From: Gaiellaceae bacterium
Lineage (GTDB): Bacteria > Actinomycetota > Thermoleophilia > Gaiellales > Gaiellaceae
DNA: 64,000 nt
Assembly (NCBI GenBank): GCA_036276015.1
Contig: DASUCN010000011.1
Location: forward strand, 16,057 to 80,056
Reading direction: 5' to 3'
Shown: positions 33,047 through 45,425 of the stretch, piece after piece
How positions within the stretch are numbered: the first letter of the stretch is position 1
Layout: each line of letters begins with the position of its first letter
The notes under the pieces: model-generated
Seen by the model: only the letters and a program-made list of their open reading frames with translations
Database searches by the model: none
What the model was told of the DNA's origin: nothing
Translations under genes and position numbers: made by a program

Positions 33047-34483
33047 TCAGAGGCCCGCGCCCGCGAAGATGCGCTCCAGCGCGGCTGCATCCTCCGGTTG
33101 GCAGTAGACGTGAACGCGGTCGCCGGGAACGAGCACCACGTCGTCCGCGATCACGTGCGGCCGGTCGTCGCGGATGAGCACGCCGACCCAGGCTCGCTCG
33201 CCGAGGGGCAGTTCGGCAAGCCGGCGTCCGTTCGCGAACGCGTCGTCGCGCACGACGAACTCGAGCACTTCGGCGAGATCGTGGTCGACACGGCGGAACG
33301 GAACGCGCAGACGAGTCGCGACGTACGGCACCGACGTTCCCTGGACGATCACCGAGAAGAGCACGACGATGAACACGATTCCGTAGAGCTGCTCTCCGTC
33401 GTCGATCCCTGCAAGTAGAGCGAGTGCTCCGAGCAGGATCGGCACTGCGCCCTTCAGGCCGCCCCAGGCGATGAAGACGCGCTCGCCCCAGGTGAGTCGT
33501 GCGGGAAGGAGGAGCGGCACGATCGCGAGCGGTCGGGCGACGAACGCGAGAACCAGCGCGAGGGCGAGCCCGTCGACCCAGGTATCTGCGCTGCCGAGAT
33601 CGCCGAGCCCGACGGTAAGACCCAGCGCGACGAACGCCGCGATCTCGGCGAGGCCGGCGAGTGAGGAGAGGAAGCCCTCGATCTCGCCCTTGCGGGGCGC
33701 CGCCGCGTCGCCAAGGACGATGCCGGCGACGAACGCCGCGAGGAAGCCGGAGCCACCGAGGACCGCGGCAAGGCCGTAGACGATGCCGGCGCCTGCGAGG
33801 ACCCGGATCGGGTACAGAGCCGGCCCCGTGAGGCGCACGTGCCGCAGCACGGGGAGCAGGAGGAGCGCGCCCGCCACACCGACGAGGAGGCCGAGCGCCA
33901 TCTCGACAGCGAACTCCTGGACGACGATCGAGAAGTCGCCGTCCTCCTCCGTGGCGAGCTCGATCATCCCGATCATGAGCGCGATCCCGACCGGGTCGTT
34001 CATGCCCGCCTCGCCCTCGAGAATCGTCCCGGAGCGGCCGCGGATCTCGCGCGAGCCGAAGACCGAGAAGGTCACGGCCGGATCCGTCGGCGCGATCGCC
34101 GCGCCGACGAGACCGGCGAGGATCCAGTCGAATCCGAGGAGGTAGTGGGCGGCGACGGCGACGACTCCGGCGGTCGCGAACGTCCCCAGGACACCGAGCG
34201 CGAGGATCGGCCCGGCCGAGCGGCGGAAGCGACCGAGCCCGATGTGGAGGCCGCCGTCGAAGAGAATGATGACGAGCGCGACGACGGTGAGGCGTTCGAC
34301 CTGCTGGATCGAGACAACGTCCTGCAACCCGGCGAAGACTTCCGTGAGGACGACCGCTCCGACGAGGAACAGCGCCGCGTACGGCAGGGAGAACCGGTCG
34401 GCCAGACGCATCCCGAGCAGCGCGACGAACACGGTCGCCGACACGGCGAGCACGACGAGCCCGAAGTCGGTGATCTCGGTCAT
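33047..34483 (-). CDS. Cation:proton antiporter (CPA1-type) with a C-terminal RCK_C/TrkA-C domain
   Basis: It has about 11 TM helices and a soluble tail, LAELPLGERAWVGVLIRDDRPHVIADDVVLVPGDRVHVY. Confidence 0.9.
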   Translation of the reverse strand: MTEITDFGLVVLAVSATVFVALLGMRLADRFSLPYAALFLVGAVVLTEVFAGLQDVVSIQQVERLTVVALVIILFDGGLHIGLGRFRRSAGPILALGVLGTFATAGVVAVAAHYLLGFDWILAGLVGAAIAPTDPAVTFSVFGSREIRGRSGTILEGEAGMNDPVGIALMIGMIELATEEDGDFSIVVQEFAVEMALGLLVGVAGALLLLPVLRHVRLTGPALYPIRVLAGAGIVYGLAAVLGGSGFLAAFVAGIVLGDAAAPRKGEIEGFLSSLAGLAEIAAFVALGLTVGLGDLGSADTWVDGLALALVLAFVARPLAIVPLLLPARLTWGERVFIAWGGLKGAVPILLGALALLAGIDDGEQLYGIVFIVVLFSVIVQGTSVPYVATRLRVPFRRVDHDLAEVLEFVVRDDAFANGRRLAELPLGERAWVGVLIRDDRPHVIADDVVLVPGDRVHVYCQPEDAAALERIFAGAGL

Positions 34484-34716
34484 CTGTCAGTGTGGAATCT
34501 ATGGTGGCTGCCGGTCACGCAGCCCGAGCACGTCAGCGCGGCACCGCCGCTCGACCAGCTCTGGACCGTCGGCCCGCGCGGCCGGGACTGAATGGGACGC
34601 TCGATTCTCGACCTGGTGGGGTGGTGACGCGAGCGTTGTGAGCTGTTCGTGGCTAACAGTCTCCTTACACCCCTCTCATTGCGGTCACACGGCGGATGCC
34701 GATACTAGGGCGAGCC

Positions 34717-35250
34717 ATGCGGAAGCTCGTCCTTCTCCCGTGCGCATTCGCGCTCGCTCTAGCCACCTCCGTCGCCGGTGCGGCGGAACCCGGAGCGGGG
34801 ACGCTGTCCGTCGAGCGCGGTAAGGGTGTCGTCATGGTCGACCTCCGCGGCTCGCTGCTGGGTCGGCTCGCCAACGGATCGTTGCGCGTGACCGACCTGA
34901 CACCGGGCGACCGGTACGGCGCGCTCGTTGCGGGGCGTAAGGTCACGCAGGTGCGCGTCGGTGCTCGCACGGTTCTCTATCGCGGCCTCGGCCTGCGCTT
35001 CCGCATGGTCGGCGGGGGATATCGCGTCGTCGCGCGCGGATCAGGTATCTCGGTGTCGGCGGTCGGTCGTGGCACCGTCATGCTCGACGCGGAACCGAAG
35101 GAGCCCGGCGACGACGTCGGCATCTACTCGCTCAACGGCGCGGATTGCAGCCTCGAGCCGGCGCTCTGCACGCCGCTTCCCAGCGACGCCCAGCGCTTCG
35201 AGCTCGCACCACCGGCGACGGAGCGTCCGACACCGAGGGTCTCTCCGTGA
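34717..35250 (+). CDS. Secreted hypothetical protein
   Basis: The signal peptide is MRKLVLLPCAFALALATSVAGA. An alternative ATG is at 34696. The stop overlaps the regulator start (GTGA). Confidence 0.6.
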   Translation: MRKLVLLPCAFALALATSVAGAAEPGAGTLSVERGKGVVMVDLRGSLLGRLANGSLRVTDLTPGDRYGALVAGRKVTQVRVGARTVLYRGLGLRFRMVGGGYRVVARGSGISVSAVGRGTVMLDAEPKEPGDDVGIYSLNGADCSLEPALCTPLPSDAQRFELAPPATERPTPRVSP

Positions 35251-35948
35251 CCGCGCCCCACAGCGTCCTCGTCGTCGAAGACGAGACCTCGATCGCGTCC
35301 TTCATTGCCGCGTATCTGCGGAACGCCGGGTACACGGTCACGACGGCGGCGAGCGCACAGGCCGCGCTGATCCAGCTCGCCGGTGACGTACCCGCGCTCG
35401 TGATCCTCGACCTAAACCTCCCGGACGGCGACGGCGTCGAGCTGTGTCGCCGAGTCCGCAAGACCTCCGACGTTCCGATACTCATGCTCACCGCCCGCGA
35501 CGAGGACATCGACAAGATCATCGGGCTGGAGGTCGGCGCCGACGACTACATGACGAAGCCGTTCAACCCGCGTGAGCTGGTCGCGCGCGTCAAGAGCATC
35601 CTCAGGCGGGCCGCGCCGGAACGGCGGCGCACGGAGTCCGAGGAGATGCAGCACGGCAACCTGCGGATCAACGCAGGGAAGCGCGAGGTGCACGTCGGCG
35701 ACGAGGAGATTCGCCTCGCCCCGAAGGAGTTCGACCTCCTGTGGGAGCTCCTCGACCACCGCGGAATCGTCCTCACCCGCGACCAGCTCCTTGAGCGCGT
35801 GTGGGGCTACACGTTCGCGGGCGACACCCGCACCGTGGATGTCCACGTGCGGCAGATTCGACGGAAGCTCGGCGACGCTTCGCCGATCGTGACCGTGTGG
35901 GGCGTGGGCTACAAGGTCGGCTCCGACAAGGCCGTCTCGACCATCTAG
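35247..35948 (+). CDS. OmpR-family response regulator
   Basis: The internal GTG is at 35247. The receiver has VLVVEDE, ALVILDLNLPDGDG, PILMLTA and KPF, with a winged-helix C-terminus. Confidence 0.9.
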   Translation: MTAPHSVLVVEDETSIASFIAAYLRNAGYTVTTAASAQAALIQLAGDVPALVILDLNLPDGDGVELCRRVRKTSDVPILMLTARDEDIDKIIGLEVGADDYMTKPFNPRELVARVKSILRRAAPERRRTESEEMQHGNLRINAGKREVHVGDEEIRLAPKEFDLLWELLDHRGIVLTRDQLLERVWGYTFAGDTRTVDVHVRQIRRKLGDASPIVTVWGVGYKVGSDKAVSTI

Positions 35949-35966
35949 CCGGTTACCCTGGGTTCC

Positions 35967-37379
35967 ATGCTGGGAACGCTCCGGTTCCGTCTCACGGCGG
36001 TGTTCCTCGCGGTCGTCCTCGTCTTCGGCCTCGTGTCGATCGGTCTCGCCGTGCGCCTCTTCCAGGACGTCACGCGCGAGCAGATCGTCGAGGAGCTCCG
36101 CCGCGAGGCGTCGGGCCTCGCCGCGCTGTACGCCGAGTCCGCGATCCGCTCCTCGGACGAAGGCGCGAAGGCGCCCGAGTTCGCCGCGGAGAAGCTCGAG
36201 CTCGCGACCGGAGACGAGCTCTTCTACATCGGCGCATCGCTCTTTCCTGGTCAGCGCTTCGGCCTCACCCGCTTGCCCCGCGGCGCTCTCGGCGGAGTCG
36301 AGCTCGACCGTGACGCGCAGGTGGTGGTCGAGTTCACACCTCCGGGCGAGAGCAGGCGCTTCATCGCCGCGGCACAGCCCGTCCAGCTCGTCCAGGGCAC
36401 CGAGCCGTTCGGCTGGCTCGTCGTCGCGAAGCCGGTGGCGGAGCTGCGGGAGCAGTGGCTCACGCTGCTCGGCCGCCTCGCCCTTGCGCTGGCTGTTGGC
36501 GTCGCGCTCGCTGGCTTGCTCTTCTCCTGGCTGTCGCGCCGTCTGACGGACCCCGTACGGGCCCTGACGCGGGCGACCGAGGACGTCGCGGCCGGACGCT
36601 ACGACGTCGAGATTCCGCAGGCGCGGGGTCGTGACGAGATCGCCCTGCTGACGCAGCGCTTCCGCGGCATGGTCTCCGAGCTCGCGGAGACGGAGCAACT
36701 CAAGCGCTCGTTCCTCATGTCTGTGACGCACGAGCTGCGCACGCCGTTGACGGCCATCCGGGGCCACGTCGAGGCGATTCGCGAGGGTGTCATGAGTGAG
36801 CCCGAGCAGGTCCGCGCCTCGCTCGATATCGTGGCGGCGGAGACCGACCGCCTCGAGCGGCTCGTCGGCGACGTCCTCGACCTCGCAAAGCTCCAGGCCC
36901 ACCGCTTCACCGTGCGCAGCGAGGAGGTCGATCTCGAGCGCCTCCTCGACCAGGCCTACGGCGCCTTCGCGGAGGAGGCACGGCGGCGCGAGATCGACTA
37001 CACGCTGAGCGGCACGGAGAAGGCTCCCGTCATCGTCTCCGACGGAGACCGTGTGCTCCAGGTCATCACGAACCTCCTGTCCAACGCGTTTCGCTGGACA
37101 CCCGACGGCGGCCGGATCGAGCTGCGCCTGGGTGCCTCGAACGGCGTCGTCGCCGTCGACGTCGTGGACTCCGGGCCAGGCGTGCCTCCTTCGCAGCGCG
37201 CCCGGATCTTCGAGGCCTTCGTCTCGCAGGACGTCGACGGAACGGGCCTCGGGCTCCCGATCGCACGCGAGCTCGCGGTCGCGTTGGGGGGTGGGCTCGA
37301 GCTCGGATCGGGAACGGGCAGCGGAAGCCGGTTCAGGCTCGTGCTCCCGGTCTCGCCGGCAGCGGCGGGAATGTCCTAG
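35967..37379 (+). CDS. Membrane sensor histidine kinase
   Basis: It has two TM segments, a HAMP region, the H-box [14 protein letters not shown], and NLLSNAF and GTGLGLPIA boxes. Confidence 0.9.
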   Translation: MLGTLRFRLTAVFLAVVLVFGLVSIGLAVRLFQDVTREQIVEELRREASGLAALYAESAIRSSDEGAKAPEFAAEKLELATGDELFYIGASLFPGQRFGLTRLPRGALGGVELDRDAQVVVEFTPPGESRRFIAAAQPVQLVQGTEPFGWLVVAKPVAELREQWLTLLGRLALALAVGVALAGLLFSWLSRRLTDPVRALTRATEDVAAGRYDVEIPQARGRDEIALLTQRFRGMVSELAETEQLKRSFLMSVTHELRTPLTAIRGHVEAIREGVMSEPEQVRASLDIVAAETDRLERLVGDVLDLAKLQAHRFTVRSEEVDLERLLDQAYGAFAEEARRREIDYTLSGTEKAPVIVSDGDRVLQVITNLLSNAFRWTPDGGRIELRLGASNGVVAVDVVDSGPGVPPSQRARIFEAFVSQDVDGTGLGLPIARELAVALGGGLELGSGTGSGSRFRLVLPVSPAAAGMS

Positions 37380-37855
37380 GCGGCGACGGCGGCGCGCTCG
37401 AGCTCGCGCTCGGGGGCGTCGGGTGCCGGCAGCGTCTCGAGAGCACGCCCGACTGCATCGTCCGCGTTTCGCTCGAGTCGCGCGAGGCGTGTGTCCACTC
37501 CCCGCCAGCCGGAGGTGACGAGGTCGACAAGGAGGGCGAGGTCGTCGACCCGTGCGTGGCGCTCGGCGAGGAGGTCTCCCTCGATGTGCTCCAGGCGGCG
37601 GATCGCCTGGTTCAGGAGCCCGCGAATCTCGGCGATGTGACGGGCGACCGGCAGGACCTCCGTGCGGACGCCGTCGCGAACGGCTGCACCGACGTGCTCG
37701 GGAATCGAAGCTTCGAGCTCTGCCGCAGTCGCGGCAAGTGCCTCGATCTGACTCCGCGAGCGTTCGAGAGCAGCCTCGATCGCAGCGGGCTCCGGGCGGC
37801 CGGCTGCCGCATCGGCGATTCGCTGCTTCGCGCGCTCGAGCGCCTGGGCATCCAC
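37376..37855 (-). CDS. Hypothetical coiled-coil protein
   Basis: The start is GTG. The sequence is helical and Ala/Glu/Arg-rich. It overlaps the kinase stop convergently by 4 nt. No motif was recognised. Confidence 0.45.
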   Translation of the reverse strand: MDAQALERAKQRIADAAAGRPEPAAIEAALERSRSQIEALAATAAELEASIPEHVGAAVRDGVRTEVLPVARHIAEIRGLLNQAIRRLEHIEGDLLAERHARVDDLALLVDLVTSGWRGVDTRLARLERNADDAVGRALETLPAPDAPERELERAAVAA

Positions 37856-37881
37856 GGGCCCGAGGCTACTCTCCGCGCCGG

Positions 37882-38820
37882 ATGGACACCTCCCTGCTCG
37901 ACTACGCCCTTCCGCCCGAGCTCATCGCGCAGACGCCGATCGAGCCACGGGATCATGCGCGGCTCCTCGTGTACCGGCGCGCGTCGGGCGATATCGAGCA
38001 CCGGATGGTCGCCGACCTCCCCGCGTTGCTCAGCGGCGAGCTCGTGGTGGTCAACGACACGCGCGTCGTCCCTGCGCGTCTGCGCCTCCGTCGGACGAGC
38101 GGGGGCGCGGTCGAGGTGCTGCTCGTCGAGCGTGGCGACGACGGAACGTGGGAGGCGCTGGTGCGCCCGTCGCGGCGGCTCCGCGCGGGTGAGCGTCTCG
38201 GCCCTGTCCGGCTCCGGGCGGCGCTCGGAGCGGGCCGTTGGGTCGTAGACGTCACCGGTGAGCCGGACGGTGAGATGCCCCTCCCGCCGTACATCCACGA
38301 GCCGCTCGCCGATCCCGAGCGATACCAGACGGTCTACGGCAAGGTGGAGGGCTCGGCCGCGGCGCCGACGGCGGGGCTCCACTTCACGCCTGGGCTTCTG
38401 GCTCGGCTCGATCCCGCCCACGTGACGCTGCATGTAGGGCTCGACACGTTCCGGCCCGTGGTGGCGGAGAACCTCGAGGAGCACGAGCTGCACGGCGAGC
38501 GGTACTCCGTTACCGAGGAGGCGTGGGCACGGATCGCCGCTGCAAGACGGGTGCTCGCGGTGGGCACGACGACGGTACGGGTGCTCGAGACCGTTGCGCG
38601 TGGGGGAGACCTGCGCGGGCGCACGACGCTCTTCATCAGACCCGGATTCGCGTTCCGGCGGGTCGACGCGCTGTTGACGAACTTCCACCTCCCGCGCTCG
38701 ACGCTGCTCGCCCTTGTGATGGCGTTCATCGGCGAGGATGCGACGCGCGAGATCTACCGGACCGCCATCGAGGAGCGGTACCGCTTCTACTCGTTCGGCG
38801 ACGCGATGGTGGCGCTGTGA
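37882..38820 (+). CDS. queA: S-adenosylmethionine:tRNA ribosyltransferase-isomerase
   Basis: The internal ATG is at 37882. It has MDTSLLDYALPPELIAQTPIEPRD...LLV, LPPYI, AAPTAGLHFT and TNFHLPRSTLL. Confidence 0.9.
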   Translation: MDTSLLDYALPPELIAQTPIEPRDHARLLVYRRASGDIEHRMVADLPALLSGELVVVNDTRVVPARLRLRRTSGGAVEVLLVERGDDGTWEALVRPSRRLRAGERLGPVRLRAALGAGRWVVDVTGEPDGEMPLPPYIHEPLADPERYQTVYGKVEGSAAAPTAGLHFTPGLLARLDPAHVTLHVGLDTFRPVVAENLEEHELHGERYSVTEEAWARIAAARRVLAVGTTTVRVLETVARGGDLRGRTTLFIRPGFAFRRVDALLTNFHLPRSTLLALVMAFIGEDATREIYRTAIEERYRFYSFGDAMVAL

Positions 38821-38929
38821 GGGTCTCGATGTCGAAGCGGGCCGACCTCGCCCTCGCCCTCGGAGGAGCCTCGTGCGCCCGCACGCGGTATCGGCGCGAT
38901 GTCGGCGCCGTCTCGTATCCCACTCGTGA

Positions 38930-40518
<1,589 letters not shown>

Positions 40519-40533
40519 CCTGGGCCGCCGAAC

Positions 40534-43284
40534 GTGAGCAGGCGCAACTCATTCCTCGTTCTCGGGCTGCTCGCCGCGGCGCTCGTCGGCGTCGCGCTGC
40601 TCGCGATCCCGGGCTCGCCCATTCACAAGTCCCCGACGCTCGGCCTCGACCTCCAGGGCGGTCTCGAGGTGACGCTCCAGGCCGTTCCGCCGCCGAACCG
40701 CGAGCTCACCGAGGACGACCTCGACCGCTCGGTCGAGATCATGCGCAACCGCGTCGACAAGCTCGGCGTCTCGGAGCCCGAGATCAGGACCCAGGGTGAC
40801 GACCAGATCGTGATCCAGCTTCCGGGCGTGCAGGACCCCGAGGCCGCGGCGGAGATCATCGGGACGACCGCCCAGCTCGAGCTCTGGGATCTCGAAGACT
40901 CGCTCATCGGCCCGTCGGTCACGATCCAGGGCATCCCGGTCGAGAGCACGTCCCTGTACGCACTGCTCGCACAGGTGCAGTCGCAGGTGAAGGACGGCCA
41001 GTCCGATGAGTACTACGTCGTCAACCCGACGACGAAGCGCGTCGTCTCGGGCCCCTACGGCGCGGAGGAGGAGGCGCTGCGCAAGGGCGGCAACAAGCCG
41101 AACCGAGACGTCTTCGCCGTACCCGGGGGAATGGCCGTCGTGACGTGCGGCGAGGGTGCAGTCGTGTGCCCCGGCGCCGGCGGCGCAGGTCTCGCACCCG
41201 ACCGAACCTACTACTACCTCTTCGAGTACGACCCGCCCGAGGTGCCGCAGATGACGGGCGAGGACTTCAAGCTCTCCGGCACGCGCGCAGACTTCGACAC
41301 GAGCCCGGGCGGCGCCGGCCGGCCGATCGTGACGATGGAGTTCACCGACAAGGGTTCCGACAAGTTCGAGGACATCACCCGCAACCTCTGGATCCGCGGG
41401 AAGCTCCGGAACGCACCGCAGCACTTCGCGATCGTCCTCGACCGCGAGATCAAGACCTTCCCGCAGATCGACTACACCGACTCGAGCCTCAGCGGCGGAA
41501 TCGGCGGCGGGCGCGCGCAGATCACGGGGCTCGACTCGTTCCAGGAGGCGAAGGAGATCGCGCTCGTGCTCCAGACCGGCGCGCTGCCGGTCAAGTTCGA
41601 GACGCTCGACCGCACGGACATCTCCGCGACGCTGGGCAAGGACTCGCTGAACGAGGCGTGGAAGGCGGCGATCGCCGGCCTGATCCTCGTCGCGATCTTC
41701 CTGCTCGTCTTCTACCGCTTCCTCGGTCTCGTCGCCGTGGTCGGGCTTGGGATCTACGCGGCCTTTCTGTACGCGACGATCCTCCTCTTCAACGTGACCC
41801 TGACGTTGCCGGGCTTCGCCGGCCTCGTGCTGACGTTCGGAGTCGCGGCCGACGCGAACATCGTCATCTTCGAACGAATCAAGGAAGAGGTGCGCGCCGG
41901 GAGGTCGATGCGCGCGGCCATCGCGCAGGGGTACCGGAAGGGCTTCGCGACGATCATCGACGCGAACGTCGTGACCGCGATCACGGCGATGGTGCTCTTC
42001 GCGGTGGCGACGGCGAGCGTGCGCGGTTTCGCGCTCATGCTCCTGATCGGAACGCTCCTTTCGCTCCTGACCGCAGTGCTCGCGACGCGGGCGATCCTCG
42101 CGCTGCTGGGCGGGTTCGGCTGGCTCGAGAACCCGCGGGTCATGGGCGCCACGGGCGAGGGGTTGCCGAAGTGGTTGCGCTGGGACTACATCGGCCGACG
42201 CAACGTCTGGTTCGCGATCTCCGGTGTGTTCTGCCTCGCCTCGGTCATCGCGATCGCGTTCCTCGGTCTGAACTTCGGCATCGACTTCAAGGGCGGCACG
42301 CAGATCTCGTTCCGGACACCGGAGCCGACCTCACTGGAGCAGGTTCGTCAGGAGGCGGCAGTCATCGGTCAGGGCGACGCCGTCATCCAGGGTCGCGGCG
42401 AGTCGACGGACGGGCAGTACACGAACTTCCAGATCCGCACCGAGTCGCTGACGACGGCGGAGCAGAACGAGCTCCAGGAGGGCCTTACGGACGCAGTTCA
42501 GGCGACGTCGTTCGGGGCGAAGAACGTCTCCGAGAGCTTCGGCCGGCAGATCGCCAACAACGCGCTGCTCGCAATCCTCGTGAGCCTGCTCCTGATGGTC
42601 GCCTACATCTCCTTCCGCTTCCAGTGGAAGTACTCCGTCGGCGTCCTCGTCGCGCTGGCACACGACCTCCTCATCGCCATCGGGATCTACGCGCTGACCG
42701 GGCGCGAGGTGTCGACGGCAACCGTTGCGGCGCTCCTGACCATCCTCGGATACTCGATGTACGACACAATCATCATCTTCGACCGCATGCGCGAGAACGT
42801 CCCGCTCATGCGACGCGCGTCGATGCGGGTCATCGGAAACGTCTCGCTGTGGGAGGTGATCCCGCGCTCGCTCGCCACGACCTTCATCACGCTCCTCCCG
42901 GTCGCGTCGCTGTACTTCTTCGGAGGAGACACGCTGAAGGACTTCGCCTTCGCTCTCCTCATCGGGATCGGAGCAGGTTCGTATTCCTCGATCTTCCTCG
43001 CCGCCCCGCTCCTCGCGCTGCTCAAGGAGCGCGAGCCGGACTTCGCGCGTCGCCGCGACGACCTGGGAGCGCTCGCAGGCGTTTCGAGTGTCGGAGGCGC
43101 ACTCGCGGCCGAGGCAGCGGAGATCGCGGCCGAGGAGGGCATATCGGAGGACGCAGAGGACGTCCACAAACCCGCGGAGGATGCGACGCCGCGTCCGCCC
43201 GTGCCCACCCCGGCCACCACCTCGTCGAAGCGGGAGCGCCGTCGTCAACGGCGGGCCTCCCGGCCTCATGGCCGAGCCCGGTAA
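40534..43284 (+). CDS. secDF: Fused protein-export membrane protein SecDF
   Basis: The SecD periplasmic domain and 6 TM helices are followed by a SecF module (GIDFKGGT...). Confidence 0.95.
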   Translation: MSRRNSFLVLGLLAAALVGVALLAIPGSPIHKSPTLGLDLQGGLEVTLQAVPPPNRELTEDDLDRSVEIMRNRVDKLGVSEPEIRTQGDDQIVIQLPGVQDPEAAAEIIGTTAQLELWDLEDSLIGPSVTIQGIPVESTSLYALLAQVQSQVKDGQSDEYYVVNPTTKRVVSGPYGAEEEALRKGGNKPNRDVFAVPGGMAVVTCGEGAVVCPGAGGAGLAPDRTYYYLFEYDPPEVPQMTGEDFKLSGTRADFDTSPGGAGRPIVTMEFTDKGSDKFEDITRNLWIRGKLRNAPQHFAIVLDREIKTFPQIDYTDSSLSGGIGGGRAQITGLDSFQEAKEIALVLQTGALPVKFETLDRTDISATLGKDSLNEAWKAAIAGLILVAIFLLVFYRFLGLVAVVGLGIYAAFLYATILLFNVTLTLPGFAGLVLTFGVAADANIVIFERIKEEVRAGRSMRAAIAQGYRKGFATIIDANVVTAITAMVLFAVATASVRGFALMLLIGTLLSLLTAVLATRAILALLGGFGWLENPRVMGATGEGLPKWLRWDYIGRRNVWFAISGVFCLASVIAIAFLGLNFGIDFKGGTQISFRTPEPTSLEQVRQEAAVIGQGDAVIQGRGESTDGQYTNFQIRTESLTTAEQNELQEGLTDAVQATSFGAKNVSESFGRQIANNALLAILVSLLLMVAYISFRFQWKYSVGVLVALAHDLLIAIGIYALTGREVSTATVAALLTILGYSMYDTIIIFDRMRENVPLMRRASMRVIGNVSLWEVIPRSLATTFITLLPVASLYFFGGDTLKDFAFALLIGIGAGSYSSIFLAAPLLALLKEREPDFARRRDDLGALAGVSSVGGALAAEAAEIAAEEGISEDAEDVHKPAEDATPRPPVPTPATTSSKRERRRQRRASRPHGRAR

Positions 43285-43597
43285 CGAACGCGGCTCGCTC
43301 GAGACGCTGAGCCTCGCCGGGGTCGGCGCGATCGCCCTCGTCGCGCAACACGCCGACGAGCTCGCAGCAGAGATCGGCACCCGCCTCGGCGTCGAGCGGG
43401 AGCAGGTGAAGGCGGTCATCACCGACGTCCTCGAGAGCTGGCGGCGTGAGGCTGCGCGGCTCGGAGAGACGGGAGGCAGCATGGCTGCGCGTGCGGCATC
43501 CGAGCTCGGCACGGCCTCCCGCGACGTCGTCGACGAGCTCGAGCTCCGCGTGGCGCAGCTCGAGCACCGCGTGCGGCTGTTGGAACGCGACGCGTAG
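43268..43597 (+). CDS. Hypothetical helical protein (phasin-like composition)
   Basis: The internal ATG at 43268 overlaps the secDF end by 17 nt. The protein is 109 aa and coiled-coil-like. Confidence 0.45.
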   Translation: MAEPGNERGSLETLSLAGVGAIALVAQHADELAAEIGTRLGVEREQVKAVITDVLESWRREAARLGETGGSMAARAASELGTASRDVVDELELRVAQLEHRVRLLERDA

Positions 43598-43627
43598 GCC
43601 GACTCGCCCCGACCTACAATCCCGCGC

Positions 43628-45292
43628 ATGACGTCGACCCAGGGGTCGTCGCGCAACCTCGGGCGGCTCTCCGAGATCGCGCAGGTGGCGGCACGCCACG
43701 GATTCGGCTACGTCCTGCGCCGCAACCGGCTCGGCGACCTCCTTCCGGGAGACGCGAACGGAGACGGTGCGGCGAGCTCCGATCGCGGCAAGCGGCTCCG
43801 GGCGATGCTGGACGAGCTCGGGCCGACGTTCGTGAAGTTCGGCCAGCTCCTCTCGACGCGACCCGACGTCGTCCCGCCGGACATCGTCGCGGAACTGCGC
43901 GGGCTCCAGGACGACGCGTCGCCGATCCCATTCGAGGACGTGCGGGACGCCGTCGAGGCCGCGCTCGACCTGCGCATGGACCGGGCGTTCCTCGAGTTCG
44001 ACTACGCGCCGATCGCGTCGGCCTCGATCGGCCAGGTGCACCGTGCCGTGCTCCCCGACGGCCGCGAGGTCGCCGTGAAGGTGCAGCGCCCCATGGCCGC
44101 CGACCAGATCGAAGCCGATCTGGGACTCCTCTACCAGGCGGCTCGCCTTCTCCGCGAGCGCGTCAAGGCGCTCGAGTTCATGGATCCGCAGGAGCTCGTC
44201 GACGAGTTCGCGCGCTCGATCCGGCTCGAGCTCGACTACGGGCACGAGGCGCGGAACGCGGACACGTTCCACCGCAACTTCGCACACGACGAGCGGGTCG
44301 TCGTGCCGCGGGTAGTACGGCAGTACTCGACCTCGCGGATCCTCACGCTGGAGTACCTGCGCGGAACCAAGGTCGCGGACCTCGACCTCGAGTCGATGCG
44401 CCCGGACGAGCGGCGCGACGTCGCGTACAAGCTCGCGGACGCCTGGATGACGATGGTGTTCCGGCACGGCTTCTTCCACTCCGATCCGCACCCGGCGAAC
44501 ATCTTCGTTCTCGACTCCGGCGCGCTCGGGCTCGTGGACTTCGGACAGGCCGGGAAGCTGACCGACGACGACATGGCGAAGCTCACCCGGCTGTTCGTGG
44601 ACGCCGCAACGGAGAACGTCGACGCGATCCCACGACGCCTGCGCGAGCTCGGCGTCCGCTACGACCCTCTGCGCGAGGCCGAGTTCCGCGCCGAGCTGCA
44701 GATCCTCTTCGACCGCTACTACGGGAGCCGGCTCTCCGACATCGACCCCATCCAGATCATCCGCGAGGGGTTCCAGCTCATCTACTCCATGAACCTGAAG
44801 CTCCCGAGCCGCTTCGTCATCCTCGACAAGGCGATCGCGACTCTCGCGTCGGTGGGTCAGGAGGTGTACCCGGACCTCAACGTGTTCGAGGTCGCGAAGC
44901 CCTACGCGCGCGGTCTGCTCGCCGACCGCTTCCACCCGCGCGCGCTGTCGCAGCAGCTCCGGAGCGAGGCCGTCGGTCTCGCGAGCGTCGCGCGCGACAT
45001 GCCGTACCAGGTCTCGGACGTTCTCGAGCGGCTCCGGGAGGGCACGTTCCAGGTGCGGATCGAGAACCCGGGGATCGACGAGATCGACGACCACATCGAC
45101 AAGGCCACGAACCGGATCGCAGTCGCCCTCGTCATCCTCGGAGGGTTGCTGGGCTCCGCGATCATCGGGGTCTTCGCGAAGGACGGCCCGCACGCAGCAG
45201 GTATTCACCTGCTGGCACTCGTCGGGTTCCTCATCGCCGGCGTGTTCGGGATCTGGCTCGTGTGGGGCATCCTGCGACACGGCCGTCTCTGA
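43628..45292 (+). CDS. ABC1/UbiB-family atypical kinase
   Basis: It has FGQLLSTRPD, ASIGQVHRA and HSDPHPANI, with C-terminal TM helices. Confidence 0.9.
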   Translation: MTSTQGSSRNLGRLSEIAQVAARHGFGYVLRRNRLGDLLPGDANGDGAASSDRGKRLRAMLDELGPTFVKFGQLLSTRPDVVPPDIVAELRGLQDDASPIPFEDVRDAVEAALDLRMDRAFLEFDYAPIASASIGQVHRAVLPDGREVAVKVQRPMAADQIEADLGLLYQAARLLRERVKALEFMDPQELVDEFARSIRLELDYGHEARNADTFHRNFAHDERVVVPRVVRQYSTSRILTLEYLRGTKVADLDLESMRPDERRDVAYKLADAWMTMVFRHGFFHSDPHPANIFVLDSGALGLVDFGQAGKLTDDDMAKLTRLFVDAATENVDAIPRRLRELGVRYDPLREAEFRAELQILFDRYYGSRLSDIDPIQIIREGFQLIYSMNLKLPSRFVILDKAIATLASVGQEVYPDLNVFEVAKPYARGLLADRFHPRALSQQLRSEAVGLASVARDMPYQVSDVLERLREGTFQVRIENPGIDEIDDHIDKATNRIAVALVILGGLLGSAIIGVFAKDGPHAAGIHLLALVGFLIAGVFGIWLVWGILRHGRL

Positions 45293-45425
45293 GAGGGCCC
45301 CTCGCCGGCCGCTGGGCCGTGTCGACAGAGGCCAGGTCGGCGCAAGACGACTGAGGAACGGTTGTTGACTCCTCGCCACAAAGGACATCTGGCGCAGCGA
45401 GCGCGGCCGGGCTAGCGTCGTCGGC